DNA of 64,000 nucleotides, taken from assembly GCF_001194135.2 (NCBI RefSeq), contig NC_068984.1, positions 130,545,161 to 130,609,160 of the forward strand. The letters are read 5' to 3'. The position numbers and the translations under genes are program-made. Below, one piece after another: positions 1-10,921 of this stretch (position 1 is its first letter; every line of letters begins with the position of its first letter). This DNA comes from Octopus bimaculoides. Lineage: Eukaryota. The notes under the pieces are model-generated. The model saw nothing but the letters and a program-made list of their open reading frames with translations. It was not told the DNA's origin and did no database searches.

Positions 1-161
1 ACGACGGGCTTCTTTCAGTTTCCATCTACCAAATCCACTCACAAGGCTTTGGTCGGCCCGAGGCTATAGTAGAAGACACTTGTCCAAGGTGCCACGCAGT
101 GGGACTGAGCCCAGAACCATGTGGTTGGTAAGCAAGCTACCTACCACACAGCCACTCCTGC
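1..161 (-). mobile_element. tRNA-derived SINE family A, head and core (cut by window edge)
   Basis: Reverse complement of the family head GCAGGAGTGGCTGTGTGGTAG...GGTTCTGGGCTCAGTCCC and core shared with the full copy at 30486-30889. Confidence 0.85.
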
Positions 162-1179
162 TATATATATATATATATATATATATATTATGAGTTTCCA
201 CACAGTGTCCGTCTTAAAAATTTGCTCACAAGGCATTGGTCAGCCTGGGGATGTAGTAGAAGATACTTGCACAGTGGGATTGAACCCAAAACCACATGGT
301 TGCAAAGTGAGCTTGTTAACCACACAGCCATGCCTGTGTCTATGTTTATTTACACACAGACAATAGGTTATGTCATGGACTACGATAAAATGCGATGCTG
401 AAAGTTAATAATCAGAAAGTAAAGAACAAACAGTGACATGAAAAATACAGAGTTTGATTGAAAATTGGCTGGAAAAGTATGGATGGATAATCAAAGAACA
501 CTTGGAAGATTGGAAAAAAAATTATCATTTTTTTTGTAATTTAAAGGAAAATGGATTAAGTATTGGAAAACAGAAATAAACAAAAAAAAACAACAACTTG
601 AAAAGCCGCAGAAACATGAACAACAATTAATGAATTAATTGAAGCTGCAAAAATAATTAACAACAACAACAACACTTAATTGAAACTCAAAGTTTGTCTT
701 AGCCAGTTCCCTTTAGCCACTCACCATTTGCCATAATTATCACCACCACCACCACCATCATTATCATAATCATCATTGTTGTCATCACTGCTGTCTTGTC
801 ATCATCATCTCTATTATTGTCATCATCATCTTAATCATCATCGTCATCATTGTTATTATTATCATCATCATTATCACCATCATCACCAGCACCACCACTA
901 CTGTCATGTTTTTATTGTTGTCATCACATTTGTCACTATTTCTGTCATTCCAACATTTTTTCTTTATTACATAGTCTTCAAACAACATCTTCCATCTCTT
1001 CCTATGCTGGCAGCCTACTGTACAGCACTAGGTCACTTCTATCCATACATCAGTTTTACCATAAATACGACTATCTCACATCAATCCATAAGCCAGCATG
1101 GGGGCAGTATAACACCATACATGTCAGAAGTATAACTTGATTGTTATAGCATTCACAAAAAACCCCCCAGAAAACAAAC

Positions 1180-1450
1180 ATTCAAACAGCCCATCATAAC
1201 ATCAAAATAAGCCTTTGAAGCATCCAAATAGTTGTTTAGGGTATGCAAAACATTCCTTCACAGCATCAAAACAAGCCTTTATAACATACAAACAAGCCTT
1301 TGTAACGTTCAAACAAGCCATCTGCAACATTCAAATACAGCCCTTTGTAACATCCATTGTGAATTCCAAATATGCTTTTGCAGTATCCAAACAGTGCCAT
1401 TGTGAAATCTAATCTTTGATGGTATCCAAACAAGCCATTCAAAACCACCA
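1180..1450. repeat. Degenerate ~21-bp minisatellite (CAAACAAGCCTTTGTAACATT-like)
   Basis: Recurrent caaacaagcc/caaaataagcc motif with about 21-nt period. Confidence 0.6.
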
Positions 1451-1524
1451 GATAAGACTTTAAGTATTAGATTTGGGATTAGAAGATTAAGCTCCAAAAA
1501 TATAGCAGTAAAAGTAGTATTGAA

Positions 1525-2500
1525 ATGATGATGATGAGGATGATGATTTCTTTTATTTGTCACAGGGGCAAAGATGAGGGGGGGGCATCACAGGGACAGT
1601 CTACAATTTGTGTAGGGGTTTATATAAAAGACAAGAAAAAGATGATGGAATGAGATTAAAGTATACACAGTATACAAAATATGTGAACATGTGTATAATG
1701 ATGTTTTTCTTGATACAGGAGAGCCAATCCAATGGTGGCCAATCAAGGAATCCCCACAAATCCAGGATTACCCTGATCATGAAATGCACAAACCTTCCCC
1801 CAACTGTTGTTCTCCAATCTATAGGCACATGCTTAGAGGGCTCATTCACCCTAATCATTTTGGCCACAGTTGCCCACCTTTTGGAAAATTCACCGGAAGA
1901 GAGCACTTCCATCACCGAGTGGAACTTAAAAGGTCAATGAGGGCTTGACTGAAGGGAAAAGTGTCCTTTCTTAATCCTCTCAGGCTCATCCACTAGACAA
2001 GCTCTTTCACCATAACCACTAAACAGAGGAACATCGCCAACCCTGTCTTATTAAAAGTAAGTGTCGGGGTGTTCCTCATGTAGGATTTGGCTAGTAGTCA
2101 GATTGTCCCACATGCAACAAAAGCTGTTTGACATAACTCCACATGTCAACAATGATTGGACACCATACAAATGCATGCAATGTGGTTTTGTCACTTTATG
2201 GTTTATGCAATATGGTTTTGCATCTCAGGCAGCTCCACATAGCACCACTTCTGTGCTTGTAGAGTTTATCTCAAACTGGTGGTGCTCCTAATTAGCATTG
2301 CCAAGCCAGGGATTTCAGGGTGTTATGAAGTTAATCATGGTAGCTCCCAGCCTGAAAGTCCTCTGAAAGTCCAGATATTTTGGCCTCATTGACACTGAGA
2401 ATTTCTCCAAGAAGGTCATTACTTTTATCTACCACTAGATTCCTATATATTGCTAATGTAGAACTTCCACCAACAACATTCCCTAACTGATAGAGAGTGG
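1525..2500 (-). mobile_element. Decayed 3' end of an L1/Tx1-clade LINE (ORF2 C-terminal CCHC knuckle, 3'UTR, AATAAA, (ATC)n tail)
   Basis: Minus-strand translation with stops: GAPPV*DKLYKHRSGAMWSCLRC...SDKTTLHAFVWCPIIVDMWSYVKQLL, a CxxC...HxxxxC motif, then EVLSSGEFSKRWATVAKMIRVN; ends aataaaagaaatcatcatc. The 5' limit is approximate. Confidence 0.7.
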
Positions 2501-3324
2501 TGAGCACCTGACAACATTCCAGGTGCTAGGTGCCTTTCTGCTATAGGGACAAGACATGAAATTTTGGGGAAGGTGCCTTTCTGCTATAGGGACAAGACAT
2601 GAAATGTTGGTCAATTACATTGACCTTGAAAGGATGAAAGGCAAAGTCAACCTCGGTGGAATTTGAACTCAGAACATAAAGACAGACAATATGCTGCATA
2701 AAGACAAGTTATATGAACATAAAGACAGATGATATGCCCAGCATGCTAATGATTCTGCCAGCTTGCAACCTTAATAATAATAATAATCCTTTCTACTATA
2801 GACACAAGTTGAACACTGGGATTGATGTAATTGGCCCCAGTGTTCAACTGGTACTTATTTTATTGACCTTGAAAGGATGAAAGGCAAGGTCAATCTAGGT
2901 AGAATTTGAACTCAGAACATAAAAATGGACAAAATGCAGCTATGCATTTTGCCCAGCACAGAAACAATTTTGCCAGCTCACCACCTTAATGATGATGACG
3001 ATGATGATAACTTGCATAAAGAAAGGAAAAATAAGCACAAAGTAAACAAACAGCAACAATGTGTTATGGCTGATGGAGTTTTTGTATATGAAGGTAAGTC
3101 ATTAGAATTAGTATCTGAAGCTCCAGGAGGCACCAACCTGTTACACATCAGGAACTGAGCTTTATTGGTCTTCTCTTCTAGCATTGATTGAATACTTGCA
3201 TTCACTTTCTATATCTGGGGTTATACTTCCTAGCTGGTAGGGATCCCCCTTTATATGACAATAACCAATATCAATCAACTGTTTGTGTGATACCTTGTTT
3301 TCATCACATAGGATGGGGGTCAAG

Positions 3325-3645
3325 ACCCCCTTTGGTCACAAATGACCATGGAATTGCACCTAGAAAGTTCCCCTTCGAGGTACAAGTCCGGGCAAGGTTG
3401 TTTGTGGAAGACCAGCAGTCGCCCATGCATACCAGCCTCTCTTCTTCACACCGCCAAGGGAAAGGCAAAAGCCGATACAGCTTGGCATCAGCAGCGTTGC
3501 AATTAATTTCTACAGCTAAGTGAACTGGAACAACATGAAATACAGTGTCTTGCACAAGACCACAACACATAGCCTGGTGTGAGAATTGAATTCACAACCT
3601 CACAATTGTAAACCCGATGCTCCAACCACTGAGCCATGCACCTTC
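3325..3645 (-). mobile_element. tRNA/CORE-like SINE family F copy
   Basis: Shares ggaagaccagcagtcgcccatgcataccagcc...cagctaagtgaactgga...gtgtcttgc with 38140-38455 (-) and 47925-48245 (+). Confidence 0.75.
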
Positions 3646-3669
3646 ACATCTTATAGAATATGTCCTACA

Positions 3670-4058
3670 TATATTACACTTTCAATATTATACACATATG
3701 CACATACATGCTCACATACAAACATATATGCACATATAAAAATACAAATGCATACTCACAAACACACATGCATAAATGCAAACACACGCAAATATACATG
3801 CACACACATGCAAATCAAGCATACATACACACACACACACACATGCAAATCAAGCATACACATATGCACACTCAAAAAACATATGCAAACACATATGCCC
3901 ACACACAAACACATGCACACACACATGCACACAAACACATATGCACACACACAAAGGCATGCATACACACAAACATACATGCACTCACTCACAAACATGC
4001 AAGCACATATGCACTCACTCACACACATTCATGCACACACACACATGCACGCACGCAC

Positions 4059-4102
<44 letters not shown>
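3670..4102. repeat. Compound (CA)n/(CATA)n microsatellite running into a gap
   Basis: Direct inspection; explains the His/Thr-rich and Val/Cys-rich ORFs. Confidence 0.9.
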
Positions 4103-5541
4103 NNNNNNNNNNNNNNNNNNNNNNNNNNNNNNNNNNNNNNNNNNNNNNNNNNNNNNNNNNNNNNNNNNNNNNNNNNNNNNNNNNNNNNNATGCAAATATA
4201 GAAAATAAACATGGACATAGACATTGTAACAACTGCCTTTAGCCTTTACATCCTGTTCTAAATCACTGCAAAAAAAAAAACATTCAACAAAAATCAACAC
4301 CACCACCACCACCAACACAGCCAACACTGCAACAACAACAACAACAAAAATTAAAAAAAAAACCCAATTGTAAACCCATCTTGTTCAGTAACATGGTTAT
4401 GTTAACCTTGTTAAAACAATCTGAACCAACTCTTGTTACATTTACAGCATCAAATTGCCCAAAACTGATGATATAAAACTAGTGTTGAGCGGATAGTTAG
4501 TGAAATAGATAGAGAGATAGGAAGGTAGGAAAGAGGAAAGAAACAAAGAAAAATGATAGATAGATAGATAGATAGGTTTGAAGGTGGACAGAGAGACAGA
4601 CCAATAGACAGAAAGACAGACAAATATATAGATGTAGAAATGGATGAATGAATGTATTGATGGATGGGTGAGGGGATAGTTTGAATGAGTCAGTTGGTAA
4701 ATAAGTAGATAGATAAATAGATCGGCAGACAGTTATTGAGATAGACATAGACTTAGACAAAGAAACAGGAAAATAAATGAATGAATAAATAGATAATTTA
4801 GAAAATTTAAGATGTGTTGAGGAGTTGCACATATATTTAATTTAGTGAGAAGATACATGTGATTACACTAAAATAGTTTTGCAAACTTGAAGATAATTTT
4901 GAAAAACTTGAGGAGTAAAACATTATATATCTATAATTGGTTTATATACACCCTGTCAAAGACATTATATAAACCTGCTAATTTTATATATACTCAGCCA
5001 GGGACCTTCAATATCTATTATTGGTTTACATATATATTATTGGTTTATATATACTTAGTATAGATATTATAAAAATTTGTTGGCTTATATACATCCACTT
5101 AGATGCATTCTATAACTTATAATTTTGTTTGTTTAAAAAGAAGGGGAAAAAAGAGGAAAAAGAGAAATTGTGAGCAGAGAGAAAAATAGAAACAGAATTT
5201 TAGTTGAAGATATCTTAAGTCTGCTGGGAATATATCTCTTAGCAAATTTCTGTATCCAAACTTTTGAAGGGAAGTCAGTCTTTTTACAAAAATATGCAAA
5301 TTGCACATGATGCTATGAGGAATTGGGTCACCATTCCCTTTGCAGGATTTTGAGGACTGTTTGAAGCAGTAGAGTACAAATGCAACTGGCTTTTTCACAA
5401 GTGCAGCTGAATTTAAGAACAACACATGAGTCTGAAAACTCTTCCAAACCCCAAACCAAAAGTATTAAAACAAGAATATACCAGATATGAAAAAAAGAAA
5501 AGCAATATAAAAAGAAGAGAGAGATATAATATTCATGCTGC

Positions 5542-5770
5542 TTAACCCTTTCGTTACCAATCCGGCTGAAACCGGCTCTGGCTCTGTAGTACAAATGTCT
5601 TGTTTTCATAAGTTTTGAATTAAAATCTTCCACTAAACCTTAGTCACAATTTATGTTCCTAACACTAGCTGAATGATAACTAAGTTATTTTACTAAATTC
5701 TTTGTTATATTTAAAGTAATTGAAAGAAATACAGAGCATCTCAAAATAAATACAGTAACAAAAGGTTTAA
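5542..5770. mobile_element. piggyBac-like MITE with TTAA ends
   Basis: TTAA-CCCTTTCGTTAC ... GTAACAAAAGGT-TTAA; related fragments near 22620/23220 and 31085-31150. Confidence 0.75.
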
Positions 5771-7810
5771 GTAGTGCAAGTTTGACATACTTGCTGTGTC
5801 ATGTGACTCAAACTGATAGTCATGTGATCTGTACTGTTTACATGGGATAAGAGTTTGATGTGAAAGCTTGGCTAACAAGTTGATTATGGGTTCTTGAGTT
5901 AAAGAACCTCATACAATAATAGCATTATTTGGATGAATGCTCTTCTCTGATACTTCAGCAGGACAAATACAGGACTTATAAGGAATGCTTTACCTGTGAT
6001 CAAGTCTACTGGATACACTTTGGCCAAGTCAATTTAGTCATAAAAAGAATAATGTAGTGTGAAAAATCTCAGCTGTTGACAGCTATAGGAGTTTTATTGT
6101 TTATTTTTACTTGCTAGTTCTGGTAGACAGTCAAGTTCTTGTTGGTCTCAATGATGCTCAGAGCTATACCAACAGAAAAAACTTCTCAATTACACAGCCA
6201 TGTCTGCTGCTATATAGTTAATGAAAATTATTCTCAAAAAGGGCAAGAGAGAAAACTTCCACGACTACAATTAATCAAAAATTAAATAGTAACATGATGC
6301 TTGAGGAAGTAAAAATGATCTTTGGTAGCTATAGTCACATCTCTGAAAGCTACTGACCACAGAGCAATGCCTGGAGTTGTCACAAAAGGGCAGACATACT
6401 CCTCAACATAACTCTATTTAATATTTAACCGAATGAAATTTAGGAAGCTTTTCTCCTTTGCTACTTGTCTATCTATCTTTCTACTTATGAATCTGTCAAG
6501 CTCACAACCTGTCCATCTAATTATTTATCTATCAAGCTTCTTCTTCGTTTGACTAAGTCTTTCATCCAATTGTCTCTCACTTTATCCAGTTGTCTCATTG
6601 CCTATCTGATGGTCAAGCCAGTCATCCATCCATCTACACACCCATCAATCCATCCATCCATCCAGCTTTCCAACTGTCTTACTATCATAGCTCTATAACT
6701 GCTGATTGTTCATCTATATAAAATTCTATGAGATACTCAGCCATATGGAATAGAAATAGCAAAAGGTTATAGGTGAAAGGGAATAGAATCGGGGTTGCAG
6801 TTAATTTGCATTATGATATATTTTATAAATAGAATAGTGTTATAATACAATATGTGATATAATAAGAAATATAGGATATAAGACACAAATAAGATACAGT
6901 GAAATATATACAAGGTAGGCAATGAGTCCCACAAGCATTCAAAATGGGTTCCACAGGTATTAGAAATAGATTAATGTTTATTAGAGAAACATTAATGCTT
7001 ATAAGAAAAAATATTGATTTTTCGTTTTTTTAAAGTTGTATGTGACTTATGGCCCATTCTGTACAATAGAATATATAGTAGGAAATATAACATATTGCAG
7101 GAGAGAAGACCAGGAAAATAAGAAATGCTGCATCCACATGCAAGCCATGCCAGAAAATAAATGGGAAAAAAAACCCCTTAAACAAAAACAAACAAACAAA
7201 CAACAAGAGCAACAACAAAAACAACAACACCAACAACAACAACAACAGCAGTAGTGGAAGAGAAAAACCTACTATCCAACTCCCTCCTGAGAGTCTGTGA
7301 TGAGCATGCTTGAAGAGAGAAAACCATCAAGATTAGTGGCCTATACTTTCAGAAACATCAGACAAACATACATATATATACTTATATACATATATACACA
7401 CACAAATGACCAAAAATTAATCCTAATTGTTTTCTATATGTAAAAATATTTGACAACTGATCGGGGAAAGCTTGAGTAGGCTAAACTAAGCTGGTGATGT
7501 CTAATAGATTGAAACATGTTTATACTTGTCTCTCTTGCTTGTTTTCAAAGATCAGACTTACTTTCTCTTAATTTCAAGAAATTAAAAATCTATTTCTCAA
7601 AATTAATTATCTCCCATTATCTTTGAGGTTTGCAAACAACTGCCACTAGGTTTTTGTTTACTTTCAACACCTAGGAAGGAGATCTCAATATGTTTTTGTT
7701 TATGACATTCAGTACATCACATCCTAACTTATTTACAAATGTGCCATTCTCTCTCTCTTTCAAACACACACACACACACAGCGTCTAAAATTGCAGATTA
7801 ATTTGTCAGC

Positions 7811-7884
7811 AGGCAGTTTAGCTTAATGGTAAAGCACTCAGTTGGAGTTTTTGAAGGATGTGGGTTTGGGTCCCATGGCTGTCT
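7811..7884 (+). pseudogene. Degenerate tRNA-like sequence or SINE head
   Basis: A-box-like TAGCTTAATGGTAAAGC, T-arm GTGGG-TTTGGGT-CCCAT, acceptor-like pairing AGGCAGTT/GGCTGTCT; anticodon arm not intact. Confidence 0.35.
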
Positions 7885-8633
7885 GTTGACAAATTTTTCT
7901 GCTTGGTAAGAGTAATTTACCCAATATTTCTGCTGTTCTCATGGCGCTTCTGCATTCGAAAATTAACTATCATCTTATTTGTATCTTACAATACACATTT
8001 CAACGCTTATAAAAAAAACAAATATGTATATATGCAAATGTGACTGTATCAACTAGACTATCAAAAGTTGTTATACACCATTAGCCACAATGCACTTCCA
8101 TTGCTTTCTTGATTGTGCCCCTTTTTTTCCATCTTGGGTCAAATCACTTAAATAAGTCTTCCCATTGTATGTATATGTGTGTGCGTATAACCACACACAA
8201 ACACATACTCAAATACTCATGTTATTGAATATATCTACATAGCTATATTTTTACAGACATATCTAGAAATATGCTAAAACCTGTACACTCATGTATGTAT
8301 GTATATGTGCACATGCATACAACCACATATGTATACACACACGTGTATACATACATTAAAACCTTTCCTTCTACACAAATTAACAAAAGTACAAAAAACA
8401 ACACACATATTTGAAACAAAGACTGAAAACTTTAAGATCTTCATAACGTGTAAGAAAAAGAAATACCAAATGCATATATTCCTGTTCACCTTCGTTACTC
8501 TTTGACTTAAAATTCAAACTTCCAAACCCACCTTAGCTTAATCTAGAGGGGATTGTCCCCACTATAATAGCTGACCATCATGGGTACACCACATGTATAA
8601 GTTCTAAAGACTGACCTGTAATCTAGATTCCAT

Positions 8634-8860
8634 TTAACCCTTTAGCATTCAGATTATTCTGTTAAATGTAATATTTATTTATTCATATTATTTTGAATAT
8701 AATCACGTGTTATCTCGTAACTTTGAGATTCTGATGATGTCACTTTATTTTTAAAATGACATTGTAGGTTAGGTGTGAGAGCCCTGATCTAGCCAGTTTG
8801 TACATAAAATGGGTAAAATATTAGGGCCTGATATAGCCAGTTTAAATACTGAAGGGTTAA
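8634..8860. mobile_element. piggyBac-like MITE (second family)
   Basis: TTAA-CCCTTTAGCATT ... AATACTGAAGGG-TTAA; same family at 13061-13288 and 50057-50283. Confidence 0.75.
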
Positions 8861-9461
8861 ACAATTGTAAAACCAAATTGAGGATTAGGCTGCTTTGAGA
8901 ATTAATGCAAATTAATTTTCTGTCAGTTATTCATTTCTATCCATTTTTTTTTTTGGGGGGGGGGGTCAATTTGACTTAATAGTTTCTTCTTGACCTTAAC
9001 CTTACCACAAAACTCACTTTTCTATCAGCTCTCTATTTGTATCAAACTTAGAGACTTACAAACAACTTGCTTGTGTGAGTGCTGCTGATTGAAATCACCG
9101 CATACCAGATACCAGCAGGTTTCAGGGGGTCATCAAAAGAGAATGTGCTCTGTTTTGGGGGCCTTCCTTTTGATGGCTGTACAATGCACCAGTTCTCCTC
9201 ATTGACGTGAGGCCCCACTCACCAAAAAAAAATGATTGTTAGTATTTGATCTCAAATCCTTCATTCCAGGATCACCAGCACCATTCAAATTGTGGAGTCA
9301 TGCAGATCTGTTTTGCCATACAGGCAAACAGGTACCTACCTGTCTTATCGTTAATTTTTGCTAATTCTATTTTTTTTTTTTAAACCAATTTTACATGTTC
9401 TTTCTTACCAAACTTATTTTTCTATCAAAACCACTTTTCTACCAAATCTTTCAGTTCTTAC

Positions 9462-9554
9462 CAATTCTATTTTTCTTCTACAACAGAAGAATATGTTTCT
9501 TATAAACCCATTGTATACCACACGCCTGAGTCCAAGAGCTACATATGTGAACTT
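9462..9554 (-). other. Candidate in-frame cassette exon (93 nt, phase 0-0): KFTYVALGLRRVVYNGFIRNIFFCCRRKIEL
   Basis: ctcatttacag acceptor and TTG|gtaaga donor, open in the frame required after exon 10762. The polypyrimidine tract is weak and I recognise no homology. Confidence 0.2.
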
Positions 9555-9839
9555 CTGTAAATGAGTTTGCTCTAAATATTTCTCTTTATTAATTATGCTA
9601 TAAGGAAGACAGCAAGCTGGCAGAATCATTTGCACACCAGGCAAAATGCTTAGTGGCATTTCATCTGTCTTTTCGTTCTGAGTTCAAATTCCGTCAAGGT
9701 TGACTTTGCCTTTCATTCTTTCAGGGTTGATAAATTAACTACCAGTGGAACATTGGGGTCAATGTAATTGACTAGTCCCCTTCCTCAAAATTTCAGACCT
9801 TGTACTTTTAGTAGAAAGGATTATTTAGGTTGTACAGGT

Positions 9840-10245
9840 ACATATCAGTAAACGACTGGGCCCTATTAGCAAATGTCTAGGTACTATTTGTAACTGAGAC
9901 GCCCATCAGTAAATGATTAGCTCCTCACCAGTAAATACCTGTGTCCCATCAGTAAACAGCTAGGTCATATCAATAAAAGACTAGGTCAGCATTAGTATGT
10001 GATTAGGCACTATTAATAAATGATTGGACCCTACTAGCAAACAACTACATCCCATTATGTCATATTGATTAGGTCATATCAATAAAAAAACGAGGTTCCC
10101 ATAAATAAATGACTAGGCCACATGAATCTATGACTAAGCATTCTCAGAAAACGATTATGTCTTCACCAAACATTATTCATGTCCCATCAGTCAAGTATTA
10201 GGTTGCATCTATAAAGGAGTAAGCTTCCATTAGTAAATGGCTAGG
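9840..10245. repeat. Highly degenerate ~21-bp minisatellite (CATCAGTAAATGACTAGGTCC-like)
   Basis: Recurring catcagtaaa / gactagg motifs with about 20-22 nt period. Confidence 0.6.
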
Positions 10246-10761
10246 ATGTATCCTTTCTACTATAGCCACAGGGCCTGAAATTTTGGGGGAGGGGGCTAGT
10301 GAATTACACTGACCCCCTACCCCTCTCAGTACATGACTGGTACTTATTTAAACAACCCCCACAAGGATAAAAGGCAAACTCGACACTGAAATTTAAAGTC
10401 AGAACGTAAAGATGTGACCAAATGCTGCCAAGCATTTTGTCTGGCATGCAATGATTCTGCCACCTCGTTGTCTTAAAATGGCCAGGCCATATTGATAAAG
10501 GAATAATTCCTATCTGTAAAAAAACTAAAACCTATCAATACACATACAGGGCCTACCAGTGTAGAACACAGTCCTATAAGTACAGCATTAGATTACAGCA
10601 GTGAATGAGTTGGAACTATAAATACCAATCTAGGTCCTATTCATAAAAGATTTTTTACTCTACTTTCTTTCAATAGCAAGACACAGTTCTACTAATGAGA
10701 AAGACTACGACACAGATGACGGAAATACAGAAGACAAGAAAACAACATCACCAATACATAC

Positions 10762-10921
10762 CTCTTTGAAAGATGACATTGAATTCTTGAGGACATCTCT
10801 CAGCTCAATTAGTTGCTTCCGCTCCTCATCTTGCCTTTGTTTAATTTTACGGAGCTGACCTACTAAACCATCAATAAAGCTGCTAAAATGGTTGATGGTT
10901 TTGATACCATCTTGGAATAAT
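10762..10921 (-). CDS. ASAP1: ASAP exon (160 nt): [53 protein letters not shown] (end of BAR domain)
   Basis: Acceptor tctatttcag, donor GAG|gtatgt; matches FFQDGLKTADKLKQYIEKLAADLYNIKQTQDEEKKQLTALRDLIKSS. Confidence 0.95.

Noticed and set aside
3066-3099. Plus-strand ATG...GAAG|gtaagt, and a similar donor near 41987, as a possible nested antisense gene
   Set aside because: Isolated donor motifs with no partner acceptors or recognisable protein.
5332-5431. Possible minus-strand exon (ttttcag ... ATG|gtgacc)
   Set aside because: 100 nt would shift the frame, the donor is weak, and there is no ASAP similarity.
8065-8165. Minus-strand peptide RKQWKCIVANGV superficially like the PH-domain KVWQRRKCSVKNG
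   Set aside because: It is followed by an immediate stop, has no fitting splice sites, and the match is too short to be above chance.
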